From the NCBI GenBank assembly GCA_965221165.1, contig CBDCRP010000003.1:1248001-1312000 (forward strand): DNA of 64,000 nt. Reading direction: 5' to 3'. A model generated the notes under the pieces. That model was not told where the DNA came from, ran no database searches, and worked only from the letters and a program-made list of their open reading frames with translations. The position numbers and the translations under genes are program-made. This DNA comes from a bacterium. GTDB taxonomy: Bacteria > UBA8248. Below, piece after piece: positions 20,111 through 30,721 of the stretch; position 1 is the stretch's first letter; every line of letters begins with the position of its first letter.

Positions 20111-20795
20111 TCATGTGGAGAGGGCGTAGTCGGTGTCGGCGGGGAGGAACCCGAGGCGCGGGGGTACTTCTCCGTTCACGGCCTCGGCCCCCCTGACCGG
20201 CAGCCTGCCGCCTTCCCTGAGCGCGAACGTCCCGCCCGACTCCGGCAACCGGTTCGATAAGTCGAACATGACCCGGTCGCCCTCGCGCATCTCCGGCTCC
20301 ATCGAGTCGTCGCGCACCTTGAGAATGCGCAGGTCGCCGGCGCCCCATTCCTCGAAACCCCTCTCCTGGTGCGTCAGCAGCCCCCGCGCGTTCACCTCCG
20401 CCAGCATGAGGTCGGACTTCACCGCGAGGTCGAAGCCGCTCCTCCTGGAAAGCGCGCCGCGAATCCCGAACGCGCCCATCCTCATCTCGATGTCGGTCTC
20501 GAGCCTCTTCTCCATCCCCTTCGCGTCGAGCGTCATCTCCCCCCGGCCCAGACCCAGGACCCCACACACCGAGAGCCGCTCGTTCACCGCGTAGCGCAGG
20601 TAGGGGCGCACGCTCGTGAGCGTCGCCTCCATCTCGCTGCGCCCCTCCTGCTCGAAGACCCCCTCGCCACGGGCGCGGGAGAGCGCCACGCCCCCCAGGA
20701 GGGGGCCTTTCTCGTAGTCCACGCCCAGCAGGCCCGACGTGACCTCGCCCTCGAAGTTCGACCGCGCCCCGCGCGCCCAGATCGACCATTGGCCG
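20111..20795 (-). pseudogene. Chimeric remnant: autotransporter-like beta-barrel fragment fused to an S24 (LexA/CI-type) peptidase fragment
   Basis: WSIWARGARSNFEGEVTSGLLGVDYE...GVALSRARGEG...LTSVRPYLRY...ETDIEMRMGAFG (barrel strands), then LRILKVRDDSMEPEMREGDRVMFD (S24-like). Confidence 0.5.
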
Positions 20796-20960
20796 GCAGC
20801 CCGGGCTCGAGGAGCGCACGGAAGAGCACAACCCGCCGAAGGAAGCGCGCGCGTGCCCGTGTTGCGGGAAAGCTTGTCTCGCGAACGGCGTCGACGAATC
20901 CACCCTCGTCGAGATCGAGGTCCGGGCCCACAAGCGTGTGATCCGCCGTTCCCGCCGCGG

Positions 20961-23900
20961 TCACAGGCCCTCCTCCACCGACAGCGTGTAGGTTCCGACA
21001 ACGGTGCTCCAGGCGCCGGCCTCGATGTAGTAGGTCCCGGCTTCGTCCGGCGTGAACGCCAGGCGGCTGTTGAGGGCCTGACCGCCGTTGTCGTCCGGCG
21101 TGCCCGGGACCAGGTTCCCGTCCGCGTCGTACACCCCGCGCAGATAGGGGTCGGAAAGCGTGCCGCCATGGGTCGGGCTGCCCTCGAGATCGATCCGGTA
21201 GGCGGTTCCGGCTTCCAGCGTCACCGCATACCAGTCCCGGTCGCCCGCGGTCTCGACCTCGCCCGCGACCGAGCCGCCCACAGCGACGGCGCCCGCCGTC
21301 GTCGTGTCGGCAGCGAGGTCGGCCGGCGCTTCGACCGCCGGCTCTTCGGTCACCAATAGCGTGTAGGTCCCGACATGGGAGCCGCGGGCGCCGGCCGATA
21401 TGTAATAGGTCCCGGACGCGTCCGGCGTGAACGCCACGCGGCTGTTGAGGAACACCCCGTCGTCGTCGTCCAGCGTGCCCGGGACCAGGTTCCCCTCGGC
21501 GTCGTACACCCCGCGCAGATAGGGGTCGGCAAGCGTGCCGCCGTCGATCGCCCAGCCGGTCGCCAAGCCGGTCGCCCAGCCCTCCAGATCGATCCGGTAG
21601 GCCGTCCCGGCTTCCAGCGTCACCGCGAACCAGTCCCGGTCGCCCGCGGTCTCGATCTCGCCCGCGGCCGAGCCGCCGACCGCGACCGCGCCGGCCGTGC
21701 CGGTATCGTCCGTGAAATCGTCCGGCGCTTCGGGCGCCGGCTCCTCGGTCACCGACACCGTGTAGGCGCCGCTACCGGAGCCGGCGGCGCCGGCCGATAT
21801 GTAATAGGTCCCGTCCGCGTCCGGCGTGAACGCCAGGCGGCTGTTGAGGAACACCCCGCCGTTGTCGTCCAGCGTGCCCGGGACCAGGTTCCCCTCGGCG
21901 TCGTACACCCCGCGCAGATAGGGGTCGGGAAACATGACGGCGTCGGTCTCCCAGCCCTCCAGATCGATCCGGTAGGTCTTGCCCGCCTCCAGCGTCACCG
22001 CGAACCAGTCCCGGTCGCCCGCGGTCTCGATCTCGCCCGCGACCGAGCCGCCGACCGCGACGGCGCCCGCCGTCGCCGTGTCGGCCGCAAGGTCGTCCGG
22101 CGCTTCGTTCACGGGCGGTGCGGCCACCGGCGCTTCGACCGCCGGCGCTTCGGTCACCGACAGCTTGTAGGTCCCGAACCAGGAGAGGTAGGCGCCGGCC
22201 GATATGTAATAGGTCCCGGACGCGTCCGGCGTGAACGTCACCCGGCTGTTGTAGCGCTCGCCGCCGTCGTCGTCCGTCGTGCCCGGGACCAGGTTCCCGT
22301 CCGGGTCGTACACCCCGCGCAGATAGGGGTTGTGAAGCGTGCCGCCGCCGGTCTCCCAGCCCTCGATATCGATCCGGTAGCTCGTCCCGGCTTCCAGCTT
22401 CACCGCGTACCAGTCCCGGTCATGCGCGGTTTCGAGCGCGCCCGCGGCCGAGCCGCCGACCGCGACGGTCAGCTGCGCCGTCGTGCGTGTCGGCCGCGTA
22501 ACGTCCGCTCTTCGTTCTCCGCGGTGCCGACGTCAGTTCCCGGTCACCGACAGCGTGTAGGTGCCGATCGTACTCTCCACGGAGGTCACTGGGCGCCGGC
22601 CGATATGTAATACGTGCCCGTCCGCGTCCGGCGTGAACTCCACCCGGCTGTCGGTGCCCTGACCGCCGTCGTCGTTCAGCGTGCCGGGGATCAGGTTCGC
22701 CGTTCGCGTCATAGACCCCGTGCAGCTCGGGGTCGAACAAGCGTGCCGTTCGGCCGGAATCAGCAGGCCCTTGAGATCGATCCGGTAGGTCGTGCCCGCC
22801 TCCAGCGTCCACCGCGAACCAGTCGCGGTCAAGCCCGCGGTGTCGATTTCGCCCGTGCAACCGATCCGTCGACCGCGACCGTGCCGCCCGTGCCTGTATC
22901 GGCCGTGACATCGGGCCGCAAGGTGCGGCCACCGGCTGTTTCGTTCACAGGCGGTGCGATTACCAGCGGTGTAGCCATCCGGCTACTTCGTGCGCCAGCT
23001 CCTCGGTCACCGGTACCTAGTAGGGTCCGACATACGATTGGCGGGTGCCGGCCGCGATGAAGTAGGTCCCGTCCGCGTCCGGCGTGAAATGACGGCGGCT
23101 GTTGTAGCCCGTGCCGCCGTCGTCGTCCAGCGTGCCAGCGATAAGGGTTCCGCTCGCACTGTGGATACCCCGCAGATACGGGTCCAGCAATGTGCCATCG
23201 CCGGTGAAGCTGCCCTCGAGATCGATCCGGTAGGTCTTGCCCGCCTCCAGGGTCACCGCGAACCAGTCCTGGTCGAACCCGTAATCGATCTCGCCCGTGG
23301 CCGAGCCGCCGACCGCGACGGCACCCGTCGTCGCCGTATCGGCCGTGAAGTCGTCCGGGGGATCGACCGCGACATCGGCGACCGACACCATGTAGGTGCC
23401 CTCGCCGTACATATTGGTGCCCACCGCCACATAGTAGGTCCCGTCCGCGTCCGGCGTGAACTCCAGGCGGGCGTTGCGGCCCACGCCGCCGTTGTCGTTC
23501 GACGTAAGACCCGGGAGGCGGTTTCCGTTCGCATCGTAGATGCCGTAGAGCAAAGGGTCGCGCCAACTGCCGGCGCCGGTTGGACCGCCCTCCACATCGA
23601 TCCGGTAGGTCTTGCCCGCCTCCAGGGTCACCGCGAACCAGTCTTTATCGCTGTGGGTTTCGATCTCGCCGATGGCCGAACCGCCGACCTCGACCCTGCC
23701 GGTCGTGCGGGTATGGGCGCCGAAATCGTCCGTGACCGTGGAGGGAGGACGCGGCACCTCTTTCAGCGATATCCTGTAGGTGCCGTCGTAGATGTTCCAG
23801 TCGGCGCCGACGGTCGCGTAATACTTCCCGTCCCGCGACGGCGTGAACTCCATCCACTCGTTAAGGCCCTCGGCCAAGGATGATCTTGGTTCTCGTCCCG

Positions 23901-26900
23901 ATCCGATGATAAGGCGGGCGCCGTTCGCGTCGAAGATCCCCCCCAGATAGGGATCCCACCACGTGCCTCTGCGGGTCGACCATCCCTCCAGATCGATCTC
24001 ATACATTGTCCCGGCTTCGAGAGTCATTTCGAACCAGTCGTGATCGCCGGGGGTTTCGATCTCCCCGGTGACCGAGCCGCCCACCGCTAGCCTGCCGGTC
24101 GTTCCGGTGTCGGCCGTGAAGTCGTCCGCGTTGTAGTCGCCGGCCGGGATCTCGGTTACCTTGAGGGTGTAGGTGCCGCGCCGCCACGGATGAGCGGCCG
24201 CCGCCACGTAGTAGGTCCCGGACGCGTCCGGCGTGAACGCCACCCAGCTATTCAAACCGGCGCCGCGGTCGTTGTTCGCCGTGCCGGGAATGAACGTTCC
24301 GTCCGCGTCGTAAATCCCGTGCAGGTTGGGGTCCCACAAGCTGCCGCCACCGCTATGCTCGCCCTCGAGATCGATCCGGTAGGTCTTGCCCGCTTCCAGG
24401 GTCACCGCGAACCAGTCCTGGTCGCCGAAGGAGTCGATGTCCCCGCGGGCCGAACCGCCGGCCTCGACCCTGCCAGTCGTTCCGGTGTCGGCCGTGAACT
24501 CGTCGGTGATCTCATCGACCTCGATCGAGTAATGGCCGCCGTTGCCGCCGGCGCCGGAGGCCTCCACATAGTAGAGCCCGGTCGCGTCCGGCGCGAACTC
24601 CACCTTTCTGAGGAAGGGCCCGCTGTAGACGCCCGCCGTGCCGGGGATGAAGGCGCCATCCGCGTCGTAAATCCCGAGCAGCTCGGGGTGAACCAACTTC
24701 GGGATGCCCCACTCGGGGGTAAACAGGATCCCAAGAGCGATCTCGTAGGTCTTGCCCGCCTCCAGGGTCACCGCGAACCAGTCGCGGTCGCCCGCGTATT
24801 CGATATTGCCCCTGGTCGCGCCTTCGACCTCGACCGTGCCGGTCGTGCCGGTATCGGCCGCGAAATCGTCAGCGAGATCCGTCACCCTCAGCGTGTAGGT
24901 GCCTTGACCGCGGCGGCTGGCGCCCGCCACCACATAGTAGGTGCCGTCCGCGTCCGGCGTGAAGTCCAGGCGGCTGTTGTGTCTGAAGCCGCCGTTGTAG
25001 CGCGTCGTGCCGGGGATGAGGGCGCCATCCGGGTCGTGAATCCCTAAGATGTAAGGGTTATACAAGGAGCCGCTGTGGGTCGCGGAACCCTCGAGATCGA
25101 TCCGGTAGGTCCTGCCCGCCTCCAGGGTCACCGCGAACCAGTCGCGATCGCCGTCGGTTTCGATCTCGCCCCGGGCCTGGACGGTGGCCGCGAACCTGCC
25201 GGTGGTGTCCATATTGGCCGGGAAATCGTCCCGAGGTCGTTCGACCGGCGCCGTGACGTCGTCCGGAACTTCTTCGACCGAGACCCTGTAGGTGCCTTCG
25301 TAGCGGTCGCCATGGGAGGCTGCCTCCACATAGTAGGTCCCGGTCTCGCCGGGCGTGAACTCCACCCGGCTGTCGGTGCCGCTACCGCCGCGATAGTTCG
25401 CCGTGCCGGGAATGAGGGTTCCGTCCCCGTCGTAGATCCCGCGCAGATAGGGGGCCCGCAACGAGCCGTTACCGGCGGACGCACCCTCGAGATCGATCCG
25501 GTAGGCCTTGCCCGCCTCCAGGGTCACCGCGAACCAGTCGCGGTCGCCGCGGGCGTCGATCTCGCCCCGGGCCGAGCCGCCGGCCGCGACCGCGCCGGTG
25601 GTGTCCGTGTCCGCCGTGAAGTCGTCCGTGATGTCTTCGACCGAGACCGTGTAGGTGCCTTCGTAGCGGCCGCCATGGGAGGCTGCCTCCACATAGTAGG
25701 TCCCGGTCTCGCCGGCGGTGAACTCCACCCGGCTGCCGGTGCCCCGGCCGACGCCGTAGTTCGTCGTGCCGGGAATGAGGGCTCCGTCCCGGTCGTAGAT
25801 CCCGCGCAGGTAGGGGTCGCGCAACGAACCGCTGCCGGTGGACGCACCCTCGAGATCGATCCCGTAGGATTTCCCCGCCTCCAGGGTCACCGCGAACCAG
25901 TCGCGGTCGCCGTCGGTTTCGATCTCGCCCCGGGCCGAGCCGCCGACCGCGACCGTGCCGACGGTGTCGGTAGCCGCCGTGAAGTCGTCCGGAATTTCTT
26001 CGACCGAGACCTTGTAGGTGCCTTCGCCGGTCTGTTGGAAGAACGGGTCGGGATAGGAGCCTGGTTCCACATAGTAGGTCCCGGACTCGCCGGCGGTGAA
26101 CAAGACGCGGACGGGATCTACTACGCCGTAGCCGGTGCCATGTTTCGTCGTGCCGGGAATGAGGGTTCCGGACGCATCGTAGATCCCGCGCAGGTAGGGG
26201 GTGTTCAACGAGCCTTCGCCGGTGGACACTCCCTCGATATTGATCCAGTAGTATTTCCCCGCCTCCAGGGTCACCGCCAACCAGTCGCGGTCGCCGCGGG
26301 TTTCGATCTCGCCCCGGGCCGAGCCGCCGACCTCGATCGTGCCGGTGGTGTCCGTATCCGCCGTGAAGTCGTCCGTGACGTCATCGACCAGGACCATATA
26401 GGTGCCGCTCGCCTGGCCTGCCCCAAGCCAATAGATGCCCACCTCCACATAGTAGGTTCCGGACTCGCTGGCCGTGAACGTTAGCTGGGGATCTCCTCCT
26501 CTGCCGCTGTTCTCATCCCTCGTACCGGGGAGGAGGGCTCCGTCCGCATCGCGGATCCCGTGAAGAATGGTATACCGCAACGTACCGCGGCCGGTCGCAA
26601 CTCCCGCGACATCGATCCGGTAGGTCCTGCCCGCCTCCAGGGTCACCGCGAACCAGTCGCGGTCGGAAGGGTAGCCGATCTCGCCCGCGGCCCAGCCGTC
26701 GACCGCGACGGCGCCCGTCGTCGTCGTGTCGGCCGCAAGGTCGGCCGGCGCTTCGGCCGGCGGTGCGGGCGCCGGCAATTCGGTCACCGACAGCCTGTAG
26801 GTTCCGATACGGGTGATCCAGGCGCCTCCGGCCGCGATGTAGTAGGTCCCGTCCGCGGCCGGTGTGAACTCCACCCGGCTGTTGTAGCCCACGCCGCCGT

Positions 26901-27141
26901 TGTGGTTCGTCGTGCCCGGGATCAGGTTCCCGTCCGCGTCATACACCCCGCGCAGGTAGGGGTCGCCAAGCGAGCCGGCGCCGGTTGATCTGCCCTCGAG
27001 ATCGATCCGGTAGGTCTTGCCCGCCTCCAGGGTCACCGCGAACCAGTCCTGGTCTCGCCAGGTTTCGATCGCGCTCGTGGTCGAGCCGCCGACCGCGACC
27101 GCGCCCGTGGTGGACGTGCTTGCCGAGTAATCGTCAACCAT
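20961..27141 (-). CDS. Giant repeat protein of 16 PPC-like (pre-peptidase C-terminal) beta-sandwich modules; frame broken between ~22400 and 23040
   Basis: ORFs 23017..27141 (11 repeats) and 20961..22403 (4 repeats) plus one indel-riddled repeat between them. Unit DDF-x-ADT-x-TTG-x-V-x-VGGS-x-x-GEIET-x-GD-x-DWFAVTLEAG-x-TYRIDLEG...DPYLRG-x-YD...GTYY...GTY-x-x-SV; AGGAGA RBS before ATG 27141; no signal peptide. Confidence 0.8.
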
Positions 27142-27356
27142 GATGCGTCTCTCCTGTAAATGAATAGGAATAAGCCAAAAACAACTCGCCTCAAGAGGTT
27201 CGACGGAACAGGACCGGTGTTCTGGAGGAGCTCGCCCGGGGCGGGCGGGATACAGGCGCTCTCAAGGCGCGCTCCTCCTCTGTAATCCGTCTCTCGTGTG
27301 TTGCTATTCTTTGAGTCTACAAGTTAAATGACCGTTCAGTCAAGTCCTCCCGCATC

Positions 27357-28229
27357 GGGGTTGCTGAAAAACCCCCGATTCCGTGGTTCGGCGTATGGAT
27401 GTTTTCGCCCGAGACGGGGAGGTCGCCGGATGTCGGGACGCAAGAGGCGCGCCCGGCCGGATTTGTTCATCACCGTGTTCTCGACCTCGGCCGGCTGCGC
27501 GAGGAGGTGGCGGACTGCTATTGCGCGGAGGGCGGTCGTCCGGGGGTCGACCCGGAGGTGGCCAAGGCCGAGGTCTGCACGTGGATGCCTCTTTGGTTCG
27601 CGCGGACGTGAGTTGGGGGAGCCTGGTGGAGGGTCGCGTGGACGAGGAGATGCGGGAGAACCCCGGCGAGGAGGAGGCCGGGGCGGCAAGCCGGCGAAGG
27701 TGAGCCGCACGGACCCGGACGCGAGCCTGGCGACTCTGGCGAGCAACCGGCGGCCCGAGCCGAGCTACAAGCGGCACGCGTATGTGGACGACGCGAGAGG
27801 GGTCGTGCTCGACGTCGCGGTGACGGGGGCGGCGGTCTCGGGCTACGCCTGCTCCAAGGTCTACGGGGTTCTGGAGCGGACGGGCGTCGCCGCGCTCATC
27901 CCAGCGAAGAGAGAACCCTCGCAGAGCAGGGTCCCCTTGCGTCGGTTCCGCTACGACGCGCGGAACGACGTCTTGAAGTGTCCGCGTGGCAAGACCTTGA
28001 GTCCCATACGGGGCGCCGCCGGGCGGGGACGCTCGTTCCGTTCCATGACCCGTGACTGCGCGCGGTGCGGCGCGGTCTCGACAACATGAAGATACAAGCC
28101 TGCCTGACGGCCGCGGTGATCAACCTCAAGCGGCTCGCCGCCGCCCTTGTGGCGCTGCTGTGGGCCATCCAGACGGACCGGGCCGACGGTAAGCGCCGGC
28201 TGCGTGTCCATCGCGCCCGGACGGGTCGG
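27357..28229 (+). mobile_element. IS1182/IS5-like element remnant (internally deleted, frameshifted)
   Basis: End GGGGTTGCTGAAAAACCCC; fragments GRPGVDPEV, HVDASLVRADVSW, VSRTDPDA, FRYDARNDVLKCPRGK, RRGLDNMKIQACLTAAVINLKRL. Confidence 0.7.
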
Positions 28230-28375
28230 TCGCGCGCCGTGGAGTTGAAAACCCCGTTTCGCCAGATCGATGCCGATGATGTAGACTTGTTCCATGGATT
28301 CCCCTCCTGCAGGGCGGTAAGCGACGCCATCCTGCCACAGTTTGATACTGCCGGGAGGGCGCGTCCACCCCATTG
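28230..28375 (-). mobile_element. IS1111-type left end with first 22 codons of transposase (ATG 28295)
   Basis: CAATGGG-GTGGACGCGCCCTCCCGGCA...MEQVYIIGIDLAKRGFQLHGAR, homologous to the copies at 7887 and 9443. Confidence 0.8.
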
Positions 28376-28445
28376 CGGTAGGGACGCCGGTTGCCCCGCT
28401 CCCCCCGCCCAGATCCGGACGTGCCCGCTCAGGCATCCGGCTCCT
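28372..28445 (-). ncRNA. Group II intron domains V-VI and 3' end
   Basis: Minus strand GAGCCGGATGCCTGAGCGGGCACGTCCGGATCT (DV, AGC triad) followed by GGGGGGAGCGGGGCAACCGGCGTCCCTACCGCAAT (DVI, AY end). Confidence 0.85.
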
Positions 28446-29764
28446 CCCTCGGGTTGCGCCCACGCCGGCTCTGACGGCAAAACGCCGGTTCGGCCACGGG
28501 TGTCTGATTTCCAGCCTGGGCCAGTGTCGCGCTGTCAGTCGCGCGATGCCGGCCCATGTGGAGTGATCCTTCTGCGACCTTCGCCTCAGGACAAGGAGCC
28601 ACATTCGCTTCAGACGGAGGACAAAGCGTTGCAGATACCGGTAGGCCGTTGGGACGGCGAAATAGTTCAGCCATCCATCAACCACCTTTCCCAGCCATTG
28701 CGCCGTGTCCCTGACACTCTCGTGCATCCGTCTGCGCAGCATCTCCTTGATCCGCTTCAGGGTGCGAGCCATCCGCTTCGCCACCGGCTTGCGCCCCAAC
28801 TGGAATTTGCCTTGTTCCCCGGTCTTCGTGCAGTAGTGCGTGAAGCCCAGGAAGTCGAAGGTCTCCGGTCTGTCGCGCTGCCCTCTTTGGCGACGACGCT
28901 CGATGGCGAACCGCCCGAACTCCATGAGCCGGGTCTTGTCGGGGTGTATCTCCAGTCCGAAGCTTTCGAACCGCTCCTTCACGGCGCTCAGGAACCGCTC
29001 CGCGTCCCGTTTGTGCTGAAAACCCACCACGAAGTCGTCGGCGTAGCGAACGATGATTGCGTCGCCTTCGACCTCACGGCTGCGCCACTTCTTCTGGAAC
29101 CACAGGTCGAGGACGTAGTGCAGGTAGACGTTCGCCAGAATCGGTGAGACCACCGAGCCTTGCGGCGTTCCCCGCAGGTCGTCCCGCCACTCTCCAGCCT
29201 CCATGACGCCGGCTTTCAACCACTTGATGATGAGCCTGATGACCCGCTTGTCCGCGATGCGGTGCTCGAGGAAGCGCACCAGCCACTCCCTCGATACCGT
29301 GTCGAAGAATGCGCGTACGTCAATGTCCACCACCCAGTCGATTTTGCGCCGTTTTATCCCGGTCGCAAGCGCGTCGAGCGCATCATGCGCCCCGCGCCCG
29401 GGCCGGAACCCGTAGCTGAACCCCAGGAACTCCGCCTCGTATATCGGCGTCAGGATAATCTCCGTCACGGCCTTTTGGACGATCTTGTCCTCGATGGCCG
29501 CGACGCCGAGCGGTCGTGTCCCGCCGTCCGGCTTCGGGATATTCACCCGCCTTGACGGCGTCGCCCGGTACGCTCCCGAGTGCACGCGCTCGTGCAGGTC
29601 GGCCAGTCGGCCTTCCAGCCCTTCCGCGTACATCCGCCACGTCACCCCGTCCGCGCCTGCCGCAGCATTCCTCTTCAACTCGAAGAAGGCCCAGCGCAGC
29701 GCATCGACCGTGACGTGGTGGAGGAGCGCCGTCAGACGCTCCCGTGGCTCCCGCCCAACGAATT
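28372..29764 (-). mobile_element. ltrA: Group II intron, 5'-truncated, with reverse transcriptase/maturase ORF
   Basis: AAGADGVTW, IPKPDGGTRPLG, FSYGFRPGR, GTPQGSVVSPILANVYLH, RYADD, FDFLGFTH, X domain (GWLNYF..RRRSQK); ribozyme domains I-III and the start codon are replaced by an IS remnant. Confidence 0.9.
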
Positions 29765-30272
29765 GTCGTAGCGGAACAGGCGCATCGGAACCCGGCTCTG
29801 GGAAGGTTCCCGCTTCGCCGGTATGTGCGCATCCACGCCCCAACGCTCCAACGCGCCGTAGACCTTCGAATACGCGTAGCCCGAATCCGCCGTCACCATC
29901 ACGGGCTTGTGACCCGATAACTCGCAAACCGTGGGGCAGCCCCGAGGAGGGGCTGCCACCAACTGGGGTTCCATCATCTCCCGCTCGTTCAGCGTCCCCT
30001 CCGTCACCGCCACGTCGAGAACCACCCCGCGCTCATCGTCCACCACCGCGTGCTGCTCCTAGCTCGGCTCGAACCCCACGCGTCCGCTCCTGCGCGCAAG
30101 ACGCGCGTCCGGGTCCGTCCGGCTCACCTGACCCGGACCCCCACCTCGGCGGCCACGCCCCTTCTTTTCAGGCTTATCCTCCGAGGCGTTCTCCCGAATC
30201 ACCTCGTTCGCGTGACGCTCCGCCAGACTCTCCCAACTCACGTCCGCACGGATCAAGGAAGCGTCCACGTGA
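29765..30272 (-). pseudogene. Second IS1182-like transposase fragment
   Basis: HVDASLIRADVSW...VSRTDPDARL...EPS*...VDDERGVVLDVAVTEG...TADSGYAYSKVY...IPAKREP...FRYD. Confidence 0.75.
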
Positions 30273-30312
30273 ACTACTTCCCCCTTGTCCGGACGACTAC
30301 CGTACGAACGGA

Positions 30313-30460
30313 TGCGCGTGAGTTGTAATGAGTCCGCTTTCGAGTTGATTACGTATTCGGATGGGGAGCTTCAGGAAAAGACTGATGCAGCATAACCCAC
30401 TGAATTAATACAAGTTATTCTGTGTTCTTGAATACTGGAAATTCCCTTGCCTCTAAGACG
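30313..30460 (+). repeat. Dispersed att-like repeat, copy 4 (island right boundary)
   Basis: TGCGCgTGAGTTGTAAT-N15-TTGATTAC, then about 87 bp later the divergent GAAATTCCCTTGCCTCT; core-type genes and REPs begin immediately after. Confidence 0.6.
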
Positions 30461-30491
30461 AACAAAGGCGATAATCCGTTATCCACCAACG

Positions 30492-30560
30492 GTAGGGGAC
30501 GCATATATGCGTCCCTGCCTTTCTCTCCCAAAACAAGGGTCACATATATGCGACCCCTAC
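30492..30560. repeat. Inverted pair of GTAG-type REP palindromes
   Basis: GTAGGGGACGCATATATGCGTCCC ... GGGTCACATATATGCGACCCCTAC; same family at 38521, 53211, 61073. Confidence 0.8.
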
Positions 30561-30721
30561 ACAGAGAGGCGCAGGCTACTCACTTCAAAGGATCAATCCC
30601 GACCTCTACGAAGGCAATGGTGAGTGAGACCGAGTTCGAAGAAGCGGCGGACGGACGACCCGGGGGATTACCCGCGAAACTCCGGGAAGCGAGGTTCATG
30701 GGAGTTCCGACGGGGGATTTT

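Noticed and set aside
21375-26988. Long plus-strand ORFs opposite the repeat gene (and similar shadows opposite groEL, xdh, lhr and the ABC genes)
   Set aside because: Antisense shadows of GC-rich coding sequence with no motifs or RBS.
20961-29927. Diversity-generating retroelement (RT next to a variable repeat protein)
   Set aside because: The RT has group II intron features (YADD, X domain, DV/DVI); no TR/VR pair with adenine-specific differences or avd gene seen; loop variation includes indels.
27951-29927. 658-aa ORF as a genuine single protein
   Set aside because: A chance concatenation of an off-frame IS1182 fragment, the truncated RT, intron DV/DVI, an IS1111 start and antisense IS1182 sequence.
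5804-30460. Classical integron with attC sites
   Set aside because: The repeats lack RYYYAAC/GTTRRRY ends and long hairpin symmetry, modules are multi-kb, and the integrase remnant is too short to show an IntI insertion.
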